Shown here: piece by piece, positions 39,117 through 52,500 of the stretch
How the letters are laid out: every line of letters starts with the position of its first letter
How positions within the stretch are numbered: the stretch's first letter is position 1
From: Balanoglossus misakiensis
Lineage: Eukaryota > Animalia > Hemichordata
DNA length: 64,000 nucleotides
Direction: 5' to 3'
NCBI GenBank assembly: GCA_040954595.2
Contig: CM082593.2
Location: 9,185,200 to 9,249,199 of the forward strand
Notes under the pieces: model-generated
Database searches by the model: none
The model's input: only the letters and a program-made list of their open reading frames with translations
What the model was told of the DNA's origin: nothing
Translations under genes and position numbers: made by a program

Positions 39117-42100
39117 AGATATGCATCTTGTTAAAAAGCCCAACAGTCATGATTTTGTTCACATGAGTACTACTGCTGCCAGGACATAACCCAAATCTTT
39201 TGATAATTTTGGCAATGACCTTTGATCTACTATCCCATGCCTTGGCATGTACAGCAGATACAGCCTTCAAATTTGGTGTTCTTATTGACTGTGCGGTTCA
39301 ATGTTTGACAATAATATCATTAGTGGTCATGTGGCTTTGGATTTTTGAAAAATATTATAAAAAAATTCAAAAAATCTATTTCTAATCAAGTTTTCAAGTA
39401 AATTGTGATTGGGTAAACCTTATTGGAGCCAAATTGGATTTTCTGATCTCCGATAAAAGACTAAAATTTCCTATTTCTAGCGTGCTCCTTGAAACCACAC
39501 AAATTCTTTTTATGGATATGAGTCACCATAGGACCAGAATATATCAAAATTATTAGACTACTTTCAGATGTTCTTTGATCAAATTTTTACAAAACTTGAT
39601 TGAACAACTTGTTTGCGACTCTCGCATGTCCTTTGATCCAGTAATTCCAGAACTTATTTTATGTGGATATGCCTTTTGTTAAAAAGCACATCTGTCATGA
39701 TTTTGTTCACATGAGTACTACTGCTGCCAGGACATAACCCAAATCTTTTAGATAATTTTGGCAATGACCTTTGATCTACTATCCCATGCCTTGGCATGTA
39801 CAGCAGATACAGCCTTCAAATTTGGTGGACTGGAACACCTTATGAAGAATTAAACTTTAACACAATAATTATGTACATAAGCTATTTCAAGTTAACCAAT
39901 AGAGCTTAGAAGTCTGTTTTCTGTTGGACACAGCTCAGTTTGATATCAAAATTTTTTGGCCCAAATTTGCGTGACCTCTGGCTTACTTACAATTTCTCAG
40001 CATCAATAACAGATAAGCCTTTGCTTTCTGTTGGAACCATGCTAACCACTTTGGTCCCTCCAATGCTGCTTTTAGTTGTAATTGTCTTGTTCATGGCGGC
40101 CATATTGGATTTTCGGTTAACCTTTAAAAGGTGACATTTTTTTCAAAAACTACAGGGCCAATCAAGTTCAAATTGACTGTGTGGTTCAATGTTTGACAAT
40201 AATATCGTTAGTGGTCATGTGGCTTTGGATTTTTGAAAAATAGAATAAAAAAATTTCAAAACATTTATTTCTAATCAAGTTTTCAAGTAAAATGTGATTG
40301 GGTAAACCTTATTGGAGCCAAATTGGATTTTCTGATCTCCGATAAAAGACTAAAATTTCCTATTTCTAGCGTGCTCATTGAAACCACACAAATTCTTTTT
40401 ATGGATACGAGTCACCATAGGACCAGAATATATCATAATTATTAGACTACTTCCACATGTTCTTTGATCCAGTAATTCCAGAACTTATTTTATGTGGATA
40501 TGCCTCTTGTTAAAAAGCACAACAGTCATGATTTTGTTCACATGAGTACTACTGCTGCCAGGACATAACCCAAATCTTTTGATAATTTTGGCAATGACCT
40601 TTGATCTACTATCCCATGCCTTGGCATGTACAGCAGATACAGCCTTCAAATTTGGTGGACTGCAACACCCAATAAAGTATTAAACTTTTACACAATAATT
40701 TTGTACATAATCTATTTCAAGTTAACCAATAGAGCTTAGAAATCTGGTTTTTTGTTTGACACTGATCAGTTTAAGATCAAAAATTTGTGTCACAATTTTG
40801 CGTGACCTCTGGCTTACTTTACCATTTCTTTGCATCCACAACAAAATCAAATCAAATCAATCAAGCAAAAAAGTTTATATAGCGCCAAAATCCAAAAAGA
40901 AATTTTGCCCAATGACGCTCACGGTTAAACCACACTGTATGCTCTTTCGAACATATGAGTTTTCATATGATTTTTTTAACAAAACATCCTTTGCTTTCTG
41001 TTGGAACCATGCTAACTGCTTGGGCCCATCCCATTTCTTCTTAATGGCGGCCATATTGGATATTATGATAACACTTAAAAATTTACATCTTTTCAACAAC
41101 TACAAGGCAAATCAAGTTCTAATTTACTGTGCGGTTTAATGTTTGACAATAATATCATTAGTGGTCATGTCACTTTGGTTGCCATATTGGATTTTTGAAA
41201 AATCTCATGAAAAATTTCACAAATCTTTTCCTAATCACGTTTTCAAGTGAATTGTGATTGGTTTATCCTAATTAAAGCCAAATCGGATTTTCTAAACACA
41301 CGATTTAAAAAAAATCCTATTTCTAGCCTACCCAAATTCTTTTAATAGATATGAGTCACCACATGACCAGATTATATTACAATTTTTGGGCAATTTTCGA
41401 ATGTCCTTTGATCCATTTTTTCCAGAACTTAATTGTGCGTGGATATGCTTCTTGTCAAAAAGCACACCAGTCATGATTTTGTTCACAGGAGTTTTGCATC
41501 TATAACAGATGCAGCCTTTGCTTTCTGCTGCCAGGAAATAAACAAAATATTTAGAGGACTGAAACACCTAATGAAGTATTAAACTTTAACACAATAATTA
41601 TGTACATAAGCAATTTCAAGTTAACCAATAGAGCTGAGAAGTCTGTTTTCTGTTGGACACAGCTCAGTTTGATATCGAAATTTGTTGGCCCAAATTTGCG
41701 TGACCTCTCGCTTACTTACCATTTCTCAGCATCCATAACAGATACAGCCTTTGCTTTCTGTTCGAACCATGCTAACCGCTTTGGTCCCTCCAATGCTGCT
41801 TTTAGTATTAATTGTCTTCTTCATGGTGGCCATATTGGATTTTCGGATAACCTTTAAAACTTGACATTTTTTTTCAAAAAATACAGGGCCAATCAAGTTC
41901 TAATTTACTGTGCGGTTCAATGTTTGACAATAATAGTATCAGTAGTGGTCATGTGGCTTTGGATGCATAATTGGATTTTTGAAAAATATCATAAAACAAA
42001 TCAAAAATCTATTTCTAATCAAGTTTTCAAGTAAATTGTGATTGGTTAAAACTAATTGGACCCATATTGGATTTTCTGATCTCCGATTAAAAACTAAAAT

Positions 42101-45100
42101 TTCCTATTTCTAGCCTACTCATTGAAAGCACACAAATAATTTTTATGGATATGAGTCACCATATGACAAGAATATATTTCAATTTGCTGGTGACTCTCGC
42201 ATCTCCTTTGATACAGTAATTCCAGAACTAAATTTTATGTGGATATGCCTCTTGTTAAAAGCACAACAGTCATGATTTTGTTCACATTAGTACTACTGCT
42301 GCCAGGACATAACAAATATATTTTGATAATTTTGGCAATTACCTTTGATGTACTTCCCCATAACTTGGCATGCACAGCAGATACATTCTTCAAATTTGGA
42401 GGACTTAAACACCTAATGAAGTTTAAACTTTAACACAATATTTATGTACATAAGCTTTTTCAAATTAACCAATAGAGTTAGAAGTCTGGCTTTTTGTTGG
42501 ATACGGATCAGTGTGATATCAAATTTTGTTAGCACAATTTTGCATGACCTCTGACTTACTTAACCATTTCTCAGCATCCATAACAGATACAGCCTTTGCT
42601 TTGTGTTGGAACCATGCTAACCACTTTGGCCCCTGCAATGCTGCATGTTGCTTTAATTGTCTCCTTCATGGTTGCCATATAGGATATTCTGATAATCTAT
42701 AAAAATTGACTTTCTTCAAAACTGCAGGGCGAATCAAGTTCTAATTTACTGTTCACAAAGTTTGACAATAATATCATTAGTGGTCATGTGACTTTGGATG
42801 CCTTATTGGATTTTTGAAAATCTCATTAAAAAATCTCATTTATTTTTCTTAATCATGTTCTCAAGTGAATTGTGATTGGTTTAACCTTATTGGAGCCAAA
42901 TTGAATTTTCTAAAATCCGATTAACAAATACATTTTCCTATTTCTTGCCTACTAATTGATAGCACACAACTATTTTTTATGGATACGAGTCACCATATGA
43001 CTAGAATACGTTACATTTTTTGGCAACTTTCACACATTCTCTAATCCATTTTTGTTCACTACTTAATTTTATGTGGATATGCCTCTTGTTAAAAAGCACA
43101 ACAGTCGTGATTTTGTTCACATGAGTACTACTGCTGCCAGGACATAACCCAAATCTTTTGATAACTTTGGCAATGACCTTTGATCTACTATCCCATGCCT
43201 TGGAATGTACAGCAGATACAGCCTTCAAATTTTTAGGACTGGAATACCTAATGAAGTATTAAACGTTAACACAATAATTATGTACATAAGCAATTTCAAG
43301 TTAACCAATATAGCTTAGAAGTTAGCACAATTTTGCATGACCTCTGGCTTACTTTACCATTTCTCGGCATCTGCTACAGATACAGCCTTTGCTTTCTGTT
43401 GGAACCATGCTAACCACATTCGTCCCTCCAATGCTGCTTTTAGCTTTGTCTTCGTCATGGCAGCCATATTGGATTTTCTGATAACCTTTAAAAGTTTACT
43501 CTTTTCAAAAATTACAAGGCCAATAAAGTTCTAATTTACTGTGCGGTTCCAATTTTTTCAATAATAATGTTAGTGGTCATGTGACTTTGTATTTATTATG
43601 GATTTTTGAAAAATCTCATTAAAAATGCCAAAAATCTTTTTCTACTTAAGTTTTCAAGTGAATTGTGATTGGTTCAACCTTATTGGATATAACTTTTGTA
43701 TGGATACGAGTCGCCATATGACCAGAATACATGTTTTTGATCCAGTTTTCTCAGAACTTGATTATACAAAATTTTGACAACTACACATGTCCTTTGATCC
43801 AGTGTATTCTGAACTTAATTGTATGTGGATACGATTCTTGTTAAAAAGCACAACAGTCATGATTTTGTTTACATGAGTACTGCTGCTGCCGGAACATAAC
43901 CTTATTTTTTGATAATTTTGACAATGACCTTTGATCTACGTTCCCATAACCTGGCATGCACAGCAGATGCATGTTTCAAATTTAGAGGACTGGAACACCT
44001 AATGAAGTACTTTACCATTTCTTGGCATCCACAACAGATACAGCCTTTGCTTTCTTTTGAAACCATGCTAACCAGTTTAGCCCCTGCAATGCTGCTTGTA
44101 AGTTTAATTGTCTTCTTCATGACGGCCATATTGGATTTTCTGATAATTTCTACAAGTTGACATATTTTTTCAAAACTGCAGGGCAAATCAATTACTAATT
44201 GACTGTCCGGTTCAAAGTTTGACAATAATATCATTAGTGGTCATGTGACTTTTGATGCCTTATTGGATTTTTGAAAATCTCATTATAATTGTCATTTTTT
44301 TATCTAATCAAGTTTTCAAGTGAATTTTGATTGGTTAAATCTCATTGGAGCCAAATTAGATTTTCTAAACTCCGATTAAGAACTAAATTTTCCTATTTTT
44401 AGCCTATGCATTGATTGCATACAAATTCCTTTAATGGATATGAGTCACCATACGACGAGAATATGTTACAATTTTTTGGCAACTTTCACATGTCCTTTGA
44501 TCCAACCTTTTTCAACACCTAATAATACAAATTTTTGGCAACTTTCATTTGTTCTCTGATCCAGATCTTTCAGAACTTAATTAAAGCTTATTGAAGCCAA
44601 ATTGGATTTTATGAATTCTGATTAAAAACTAAAATTTCCTTTTTCTGGGCTACTCATTGATTGCACACCAATTCTTTTTATAGATACGAGTCTTCATATG
44701 ACCAGAATACATTGCATTTTTTTTTGGCAATTTTCGCATGTATTTTGATCTAGTTTTTTTCAGAACTTAATTATTCGTGGATGTGCCTCTTGTTGAAAAG
44801 CACAACAGTGATGATTTTTGTCACATTACTGCTGCCAGGACATATTTTGGCATTGAACTTCGTTCTACATTTGGCACCTGTATTCTTTTCTGAATATCTT
44901 ATTGCGGCAAGACTAGTAGCACTAGAGGTTTGGTTTTTGATGTATATGGACAAGTATGGGACTTAGGTATTTTTGTTACATTTGGAATCCACTGGACCAA
45001 TGTTGACCTTATTAAATATGTGCATATCTAATGCTGAGCTTACCCATATTGTTACAGGTTGAATTTTTTATGAACATGCTCTACTTTTGGGCTTAATTTT

Positions 45101-45540
45101 TTTGCTGAATTTCTTGACCAATGATAATCTTATAAATATGTGCTTACATAATTGTAGACTAGACAATGAAGCTTTGAGTCTGGGTTTCCTTGAACATAGA
45201 CCACTATGCAATCAAAATTTTTTCTGACATTTTTGATGGCTTTGGTTTTGGACATTTTTGATGGACCTATTTTTCCATGCCTTGGCATGCACAGCAGATA
45301 ACGTCTTACAATTTTGAAGGCTGGAACACCTAATAACCAGGTTAACTAATAGAGCCAGAAGTCTTGTTTTTCATTTTACACTGATCATTTTGGAAGAAAA
45401 ATTTGTTGACAATTTTGGGTGAGCTCTTGGTGACCTTTGATCAACTTTCCTATAAACATAGCAGATATAGCATTGGCACTCTCTGGTATCCATAGGAACT
45501 GCTTAGACCTAGCCAATGTTGGTCGCACCTTATTTTTTTT
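39117..45540 (+). repeat. Continuation of the Helentron-derived array, about 8 more units that become more diverged to the right
   Basis: Unit ends near 40083, 41040, 41813, 42658, 43445 and 44109, with a decayed end near 45535. Shared blocks include aaaagcacaacagtcatgattttgttcacatgagtac and ggcaatgacctttgatc. Confidence 0.8.
40847..40977 (-). mobile_element. 5'-truncated L2-type LINE insertion (131 bp) with a 7-bp TSD
   Basis: TSD aacaaaa at 40840-40846 and 40978-40984; sister units have the empty catccacaacaaaacagcc. The minus strand encodes KNHMKTHMFERAYSVV* (L2 ORF2 end, LKTHLFxxAY-like), then ggcgctatataaa and a (GATTT)n tail. Confidence 0.85.
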
Positions 45541-45611
45541 TATTAATTGACCATATGTACCCCTTGACCCTCAGTTTGTTGGGTTGGGCTGGCTTGCCAC
45601 ATTAATGCTAT

Positions 45612-46999
45612 CATAAGGGGCACAAGCCAGGCGAGGTAGATCTGGAAAACCGCAGCACCTACAGGGCTGAAACTTGGTAGGGTGATAGGGGCCAATGAGT
45701 AGACCTAGAGTGGCCGTGAATATTTAATTAGTCACGTGACCTGGCGGCCATATTAGATTTTCCGAAAACCGTTAAATGACTCCTTCTCAAAAACTACTGG
45801 GCCAATCGAGTTCAAATTTTGTGTGCAGGTAGCCTACCTTCTGTCCATCATTTTACCCCATTGAAATCATGATGTCAAATATAAAGTTTTTTTGCTACAA
45901 TTTTTTTTCTGAAAAACTACTTAAAACTTTTAAAATCTTCTTCTCCAGAAGCAGTGATCGCCGAGTTATGGGATTCGGGGTATGCAGTCACCTAACCTAT
46001 GTCTTTCAAGTTTGCGAAGTGCACTGTGATTGGTCGATCATTATGGCGGCCATATTGGATTTCCTGAAAACCATTGAAAAATGTAAATTCCGTTCTATAG
46101 CCAAAATGTTGACACCAAGGAAATTATTTTTGTGGATATAAGTCATCATATGACCGGAACTTGTCACAATTTTGGGGGGCAATTTTCACATGACCTTTGA
46201 CCCAGTTTTAAACCAACTAATTATATATGCATATTCCCCATACCTCCTCTTGTAAAAGCACTACAGTCATGAATTTTGTGGACATGGGTACCAATGCTGT
46301 CAGGACATGACACAAATATTTTGGCAATGACCTTTGACCTATTTCTGAAACATCATTTTTCTGCATATCTAAATCCAGGCTAACCAATAGGGCTCCAGGT
46401 CTGGTTTTTGTTGGACATGGCCCACTATGGGGTCAAACTTTTATGCCCAAATTTTGGGTGACCTTTGACCTACTTTCCCATATCTCAGCTTCCAGAGCAG
46501 TTACAGCCCTGGCTATGGGGGGATTGACCACCTAATAGAGTCTTACACAATACCTCATTAATTATGTGCATATCTTATTCCAAGCTAACCAACAGGGCTA
46601 GATGTTTGGTTTTTGTTGTATAAGGACATATGTGGTGTCAAAATTTTGCTCAAATTTTGGTGACCTCAGGTGACCTTTGACCTTCTTCCCTATATCTCGG
46701 CATCCAGACAGGATAGAGCCTTGGCTTTTGGAGGGATTGAACACCTTTTGGGGTCTTTTATGTTACCTCATTAATTATGCACATATCTAATTCCAGGCTA
46801 ACCAATAGGGCTAGAGGTTTGGTTTTTGTTGGTCATGGACAAGTATGGTGTCAAAATGTTTCGCCCAAATTTGGGTGAACTCATGTGACCTTTGACCTAC
46901 TTTCCCATATCTTGGTATCCACAGCAGATACAGCTTTGGGATTCGCTGGTTACCATGGGAACCGTTTGTGCCCCACCAACGCTGCTTGCAGCTTTAATT
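45612..46999 (+). mobile_element. Non-autonomous Helentron-type (HINE/DINE-like) element, apparently complete
   Basis: Sub-terminal IR GGGGCACAA (45617-45625) / TTGTGCCCC (46966-46974), then a 3' hairpin GCTGCTTGCAGC (46981-46992) and tttaatt. It has internal tandem subrepeats (tgacctttgacc, ctaaccaatagggct) and no TSD that I could see. Confidence 0.7.
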
Positions 47000-47144
47000 A
47001 TCATTGATTTCATGTATTTAATTCTTTCATTCTTTTTTCTTCTGTAGGTCCCACCGGTACTCTTCTTCTTCTCTCTCTCTTCCTTTCTGTCTTTCTTTTT
47101 TCTCTCTTCTCTTCTTTTTTCCCCTGTAGGCCCCAATGGTAACA

Positions 47145-47720
47145 CCATAATCAACCTACTAACGTAAAATTTGATGGATGGGTGGAGCGGAGTGTCAACC
47201 ATAGTCAACCTACTAATATAAACTTTGATGGATGGATGGAGCGGAGCGTCAACCATAGTCAACCTACTAATATTAAACTTTGATGGATGGATGGAACGGA
47301 GCGTCAACCATAGTCAACCTACTAAATATAAACTTTGATGGATGGATGGGGGCGGAGCGTCAACCATAGTCAACCTGCTGAAATATAAACTTTGATGGAT
47401 GGATAGTGCCATGGAGCGTCAACTTAAACGATGGAGAAGTGGAAGGATGGAGAAGAAGAGTTTTTTTTTCTCTTTTTTCTCTTTTTTTTCCTGTAGGGCT
47501 CACTGGTAACACCATAATCAACCTACTAACGTAAAATTTGATGGATGGATGGATGGAGCGGAGTGTCAACCATAGTCAACCTACTAATATTAAACTTTGA
47601 TGGATGGATGGTGCAGGGCGTCAACCATAGTCAACCTGCTGAAATATAAACTTTGGTGGATGGATGGTGCCGTGGAGCGTCAACTTAAACGATGGAGAAG
47701 TGGAAGGATGGAGAAGTGGA
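47145..47720. repeat. ~55-bp minisatellite in two blocks (local duplication with ~370-bp offset)
   Basis: Unit tcaaccatagtcaacctactaatataaactttgatggatggatggagcggagcg, about 8 copies. Confidence 0.9.
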
Positions 47721-47849
47721 GTTTCAACATAATAAACCTATTGACCGAAATTATGAGGTAGAGTTATATAGGAGTACAAAACGAAGTGATCATAATATAA
47801 AACTTAATAGTCCAATAAATCAGGTTAATAATTGGTAGTGATTACTTAT

Positions 47850-48350
47850 GCTAAAATGAGGTTAACAGCAATGGCTTTGTGCAGGGTATGATAATAGGTT
47901 CATAAATGTGTATGGTATAATAAAGGCGAACAAATATGAATGGTTTAATAAAAGGGTTACAAATGTGATGATGGCTTATGGTAAAATTTGAGTGTACACA
48001 GGTTATACAGGGGTAACAGTGGTTTTTTGGATGAAGGGAATGATAATAGGGTAACAAATGTGACTGGTATAAAAGGTATAATAATGGGTTTATAATATGA
48101 TGATGACTTGTGTACACAGGTTATAATGGGTATATGAATGAGAAGGGTATAATAAATGGTGATAACTGTGTCGGGTTTAATAAAGGTAACAATCATGGAA
48201 GGGTATAATAACGATTAATAATTGCGGTGATGGCTTATGGTGATATTAAGTATACAAGGGTGTTAATATTGATGATGATGACAGAGGTATAATAATGATA
48301 TAACATTAAATAAGTGTCCAGGGTCTAATAATCATGTTGGTTCATTAATT
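47850..48350. repeat. Degenerate AT-rich low-complexity repeat (ggtataataa / ggtaacaa motifs)
   Basis: Recurrent short motifs without a fixed period. Confidence 0.6.
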
Positions 48351-49529
48351 GGTTAATGTGTATGTTTTATGAATAACATGCTATTATTTCTCAGATAGAT
48401 AATACTCGTCAGCATCGTTATTCGGTGGAATTTCTCGCAACGGTACCCGTGATCGTATTCGCGCATGGACACATTGTACGCGACAGACAGGCAGAACATG
48501 TTAGGTTAGCTAAACCTCCCCACCCCATCCAAATTCCAAATTTAGCTTAGATCATGGGGTGAGAGGAGGAGAGGACAGTTTTTTTTCCTCTTTTGTAACT
48601 GGTCTGAGGTTTTTAACTGCCCTTTAGGCGCGTAAATTAGATATGTAATCATACAAGTAGTTATCTTGCTTTATTTGAAAACAATTATGATAGAGCTCTG
48701 CGAGATTATGTACACGATAGTGTGTTATATAATGCTAAGGTAAAAGTAAACTTAACCCACTAACCCATCACTCTATTGTGTGCATAATTTGCAGATGCTA
48801 TTTTGACTGGCCCATTGTCACAGTTCAACCACATGACACCTTGTTTCAAAAAGAGCAGAAACTATTTGTGTTAATTTCTTTAAGGTTAACTACATGACAC
48901 ATTGTTTCAAATTGGCCTGCAAGATTTACTACTTGAACCTCCACCCCCCTCCAGCCCCCCCCCCCCAAAAAAAAAAAATAAAAATAAAAAATTAGGATTA
49001 ATCAATCGCTATATTATGAACATTCACATGAAAATTATGCAACCAAATTAGAGGTATTCTGGAGGCGTCTTCTGATGTCAGGTGGTTCAAATCCACCAAT
49101 ACCTAAGCTGGAAACATAACTTTTCATTGGTGTTCATATATGGCAAATAAAACATGCATATTCATATTCTCAAATTTCAGAAATGAACAAATTGAAGTAG
49201 ATTCTTTTCGATATGCCTTTATAAACCAACTTTAATCCTATTTTACCCACTTTACTCAAACTGTTGTGTTTAAATTGCCCACAAGTAAGTCTTTTCTTAT
49301 CTGCATATATTCATAATGTTTTCCGCAAAGTGTACAACTGCATGTCTTGTGATCAGTATTGTGACATCTAAGAAGAACGGGAACTGGTCAGAGAACTGGG
49401 ATATGGGAGCTGACAAACTGAGTTGTTGGAAATTCAAAGAGACTAATTTGCACTTTTCCACATTTTCTTGAAATCTGACTAGGAGCTAAACAAGGCACCA
49501 TACAGAAAGGTCATTCTGTCACATAGTCA

Positions 49530-49566
49530 TAGTCCAGTGGTTAGAGGATCATGGGTTCGAACCCTG
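49530..49566 (+). promoter_or_regulatory. tRNA-derived Pol III internal promoter remnant (A box and B box)
   Basis: A box TAGTCCAGTGG (49530-49540) followed by TTAG; B box GGTTCGAACCC (49554-49564). The anticodon arm is absent, so this is a SINE head rather than a tRNA gene. Confidence 0.65.
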
Positions 49567-52500
49567 GCACTTTGACATGGGTATAAAATGTGGATAGGGG
49601 GATTGAAAGTTGTCAGTAAATCCCTGGGTTAATACGTGGCGGAAAGCACTGTACTTTGACATTGCTAATGCAACGATGACATTGAATGGGATTCTTTGCA
49701 TTAGGGCAAATGGCGAAGCAAGCTCAATGATGCATCAGAGTAGATGGTGATGCAAGCTCTGCACTTTCACATGGGTATTTAATGTTAAATGTAAATCCAT
49801 AGGTTAATACGTGGCCAAAAGCACTGTACTTTGACATTGCTAATGCAACGATGACATTGAATCTGATTGTTTGCATCAGGGTAAATGGCGTAGCAAGCTT
49901 TATGATGCATCAGGGTAGATAGTAATGCAAACACTTCACTTTGACATGGGTATTAAATGCATATGGGGATTTCAGGTTGTTGAAAAATCTGTGGGTTAAT
50001 GCCGAAAAGCACTGTACTTTGACATTGCTAATGCAATGATGACATTGAATCTGATTCTTTGCATCAGGGTAAATGGCGTAGCAAGCTTTATGATACATCA
50101 GGGTAGATAGTGATGCAAACACTTCACTTTGACATGGGTATAAAATGCCTACAGGGGGATTTAAAGTTGTCTGTAAATCCCTGGGTTAATACGTGTCCAA
50201 AAACACTGTACTTTGACATTGCTAATGCAGCGATGACATTGAATCTGATTCTTTGCATCAGGGAAAATGGCGAAGCAAGGTTGATGATGCATCAGGGTAG
50301 ATAGTGATGCAAGCTCTGCACTTTGACATGGGTATAAAATGCCTACAGGGGGATTTAAAGTTGTCTGTAAATCCCTGGGTTAATACGTGGCGGAAAGCAC
50401 TGTACTTTGACATTGCATATGCAATGGTGACATTGAATGGGATTCTTTGCATTAGGGCAAATGGCGAAGCAAGCTCAATGATGCATCAGAGTAGATGGTG
50501 ATGCAAACTCTGCACTTTCACATGGGTATTTAATGTTAAATGTAAATCCATAGGTTAATACGTGGCCAAAAGCACTCTAATTTGACATTTCTAATGAAAC
50601 AATGACATTGAATCTGATTCTCTGCATCAGGGCAAATGGCGAAGCAAGGTTGATGATGCATCAGGGTAGATAGTGATGCAATCACTTCACTTTGACATTG
50701 GTATTAAATGCATATGGGGATTTCAAGTTGATGATAAATCCCTGGGTTAATACGTGTCCAAAAGCACTGTACTTTGGCATTGCTAATGCAACGATGACAT
50801 TGAATCTGATTCTTTGCATCAGGGTATATGGCGTAGCAAGCTTTATGATGCATCAGGGTAGATAGTGATGCAAACACTTCACTTTGACATGGGTATTAAA
50901 TGTATATGGGGATTTCAGGTTGTTGAAAAATCTGTGGGTTAATACGTGTCCAAAAGCACTGTACTTTGACATTGCTAATGCAACGATGACATTGAATCTG
51001 ATTCTTTGCATCAGGGTAAATGGCGTAGCAAGCTTTATGACGCATCAGGGTAGATAGTGATGCAAACACTTCACTTTGACATGGGTATAAAATGCCTACA
51101 GGGGGATTTAAAGTTGTCTGTAAATCCCTGGGTTAATACGTGGCTGAAAGCACTGTACTTTGACATTGCATATGCAATGGTGACATTGAATGGGATTCTT
51201 TGCATTAGGGCAAATGGCGAAGCAAGCTCAATGATGCATCAGAGTAGATGGTGATGCAAACTCTGCACTTTCACATGGGTATTTAATGTTAAATGTAAAT
51301 CCATAGGTTAATACGTGGCCAAAAGCACTCTAATTTGACATTGCTAATGCAACGATGACATTGAATCTGATTCTTTGCATCTGGGCAAATGGCGAAGCAA
51401 GGTTGGTGATGCATCAGGGTAGATAGTGATGCAATCACTTCACTTTGACATGGGTATTAAATGCATATGGGGATTTCAAGTTGATGATAAATCCCTGGGT
51501 TAATACGTGTCCAAAAGCACTGTACTTTGACATTGCTAATGTAACGATGACATTGAATCTGATTCTTTGCATCAGGGTAAATGGCGTAGCAAGCTTTATG
51601 ATGCATCAGGGTAGATAGTGATGCAAACACTTCACTTTGACATGGGTATTAAATGCATATGGGGATTTCAGGTTGTTGAAAAATCTGTGGGTTAATACGT
51701 GTCGAAAAGCACTGTACTTTGACATTGCTAATGCAATGATGACATTGAATCTGATTCTTTGCATCAGGGTAAATGGCGAAGCAAGGTTGATTATGCATCA
51801 GGGTAGATAGTGATACAAGCCCTTCACTTTGACATGTGTATAAAATGCCTACAGGGGGATTTAAAGTTGTCTGTAAATCCCTGGGTTAATACGTGTCTAA
51901 AAGCACTGTACTTTGACATTGCTAATGCAACGATGACATTGAATCTGATTCTTTGCATCAGGGTAAATGGCGAAGCAAGGTTGATTATGCATCAGGGTAG
52001 ATAGTGATGCAAGCTCTGCACTTTGACATGGGTATAAATGCCTACAGGGGGATTTAAAGTTGTCTGTAAATCCCTGTGTTAATATGTGGCGGAAAGCACT
52101 GTACTTTGACATTGCATATGCAATGGTGACATTGAATGGGATTCTTTGCATTAGGGCAAATGGCGAAGCAAGCTCAATTATGCATCAGAGTAGATGGTGA
52201 TGCAAACTCTGCAATTTCACATGGGTATTTAATGTTAAATGTAAATCCATAGGTTAATACGTGGCCAAAAGCACTCTAATTTGACATTGCTAATGCAACG
52301 ATGACATTGAATCTGATTCTTTGCATCAGGGCAAATGGCGAAGCAAGGTTGATGATGCATCAGGGTAGATAGTGATGCAATCACTTCACTTTGACATGGG
52401 TATTAAATGCATATGGGGATTTCAAGTTGATGATAAATCCCTGGGTTAATACGTGTCCAAAAGCACTGTACTTTGACATTGCTAATGTAACGATGACATT

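Noticed and set aside
25772-45540. 60-127-aa ORFs throughout the Helentron-derived array
   Set aside because: Frames are not conserved between units; non-coding repeat.
46897-47569. 136-aa and 69-aa ORFs with internal repeats
   Set aside because: Translations of the 55-bp minisatellite and pyrimidine tracts.
49520-49570. tRNA gene
   Set aside because: Only D-arm and T-arm motifs are present; the anticodon arm and acceptor stem are missing.
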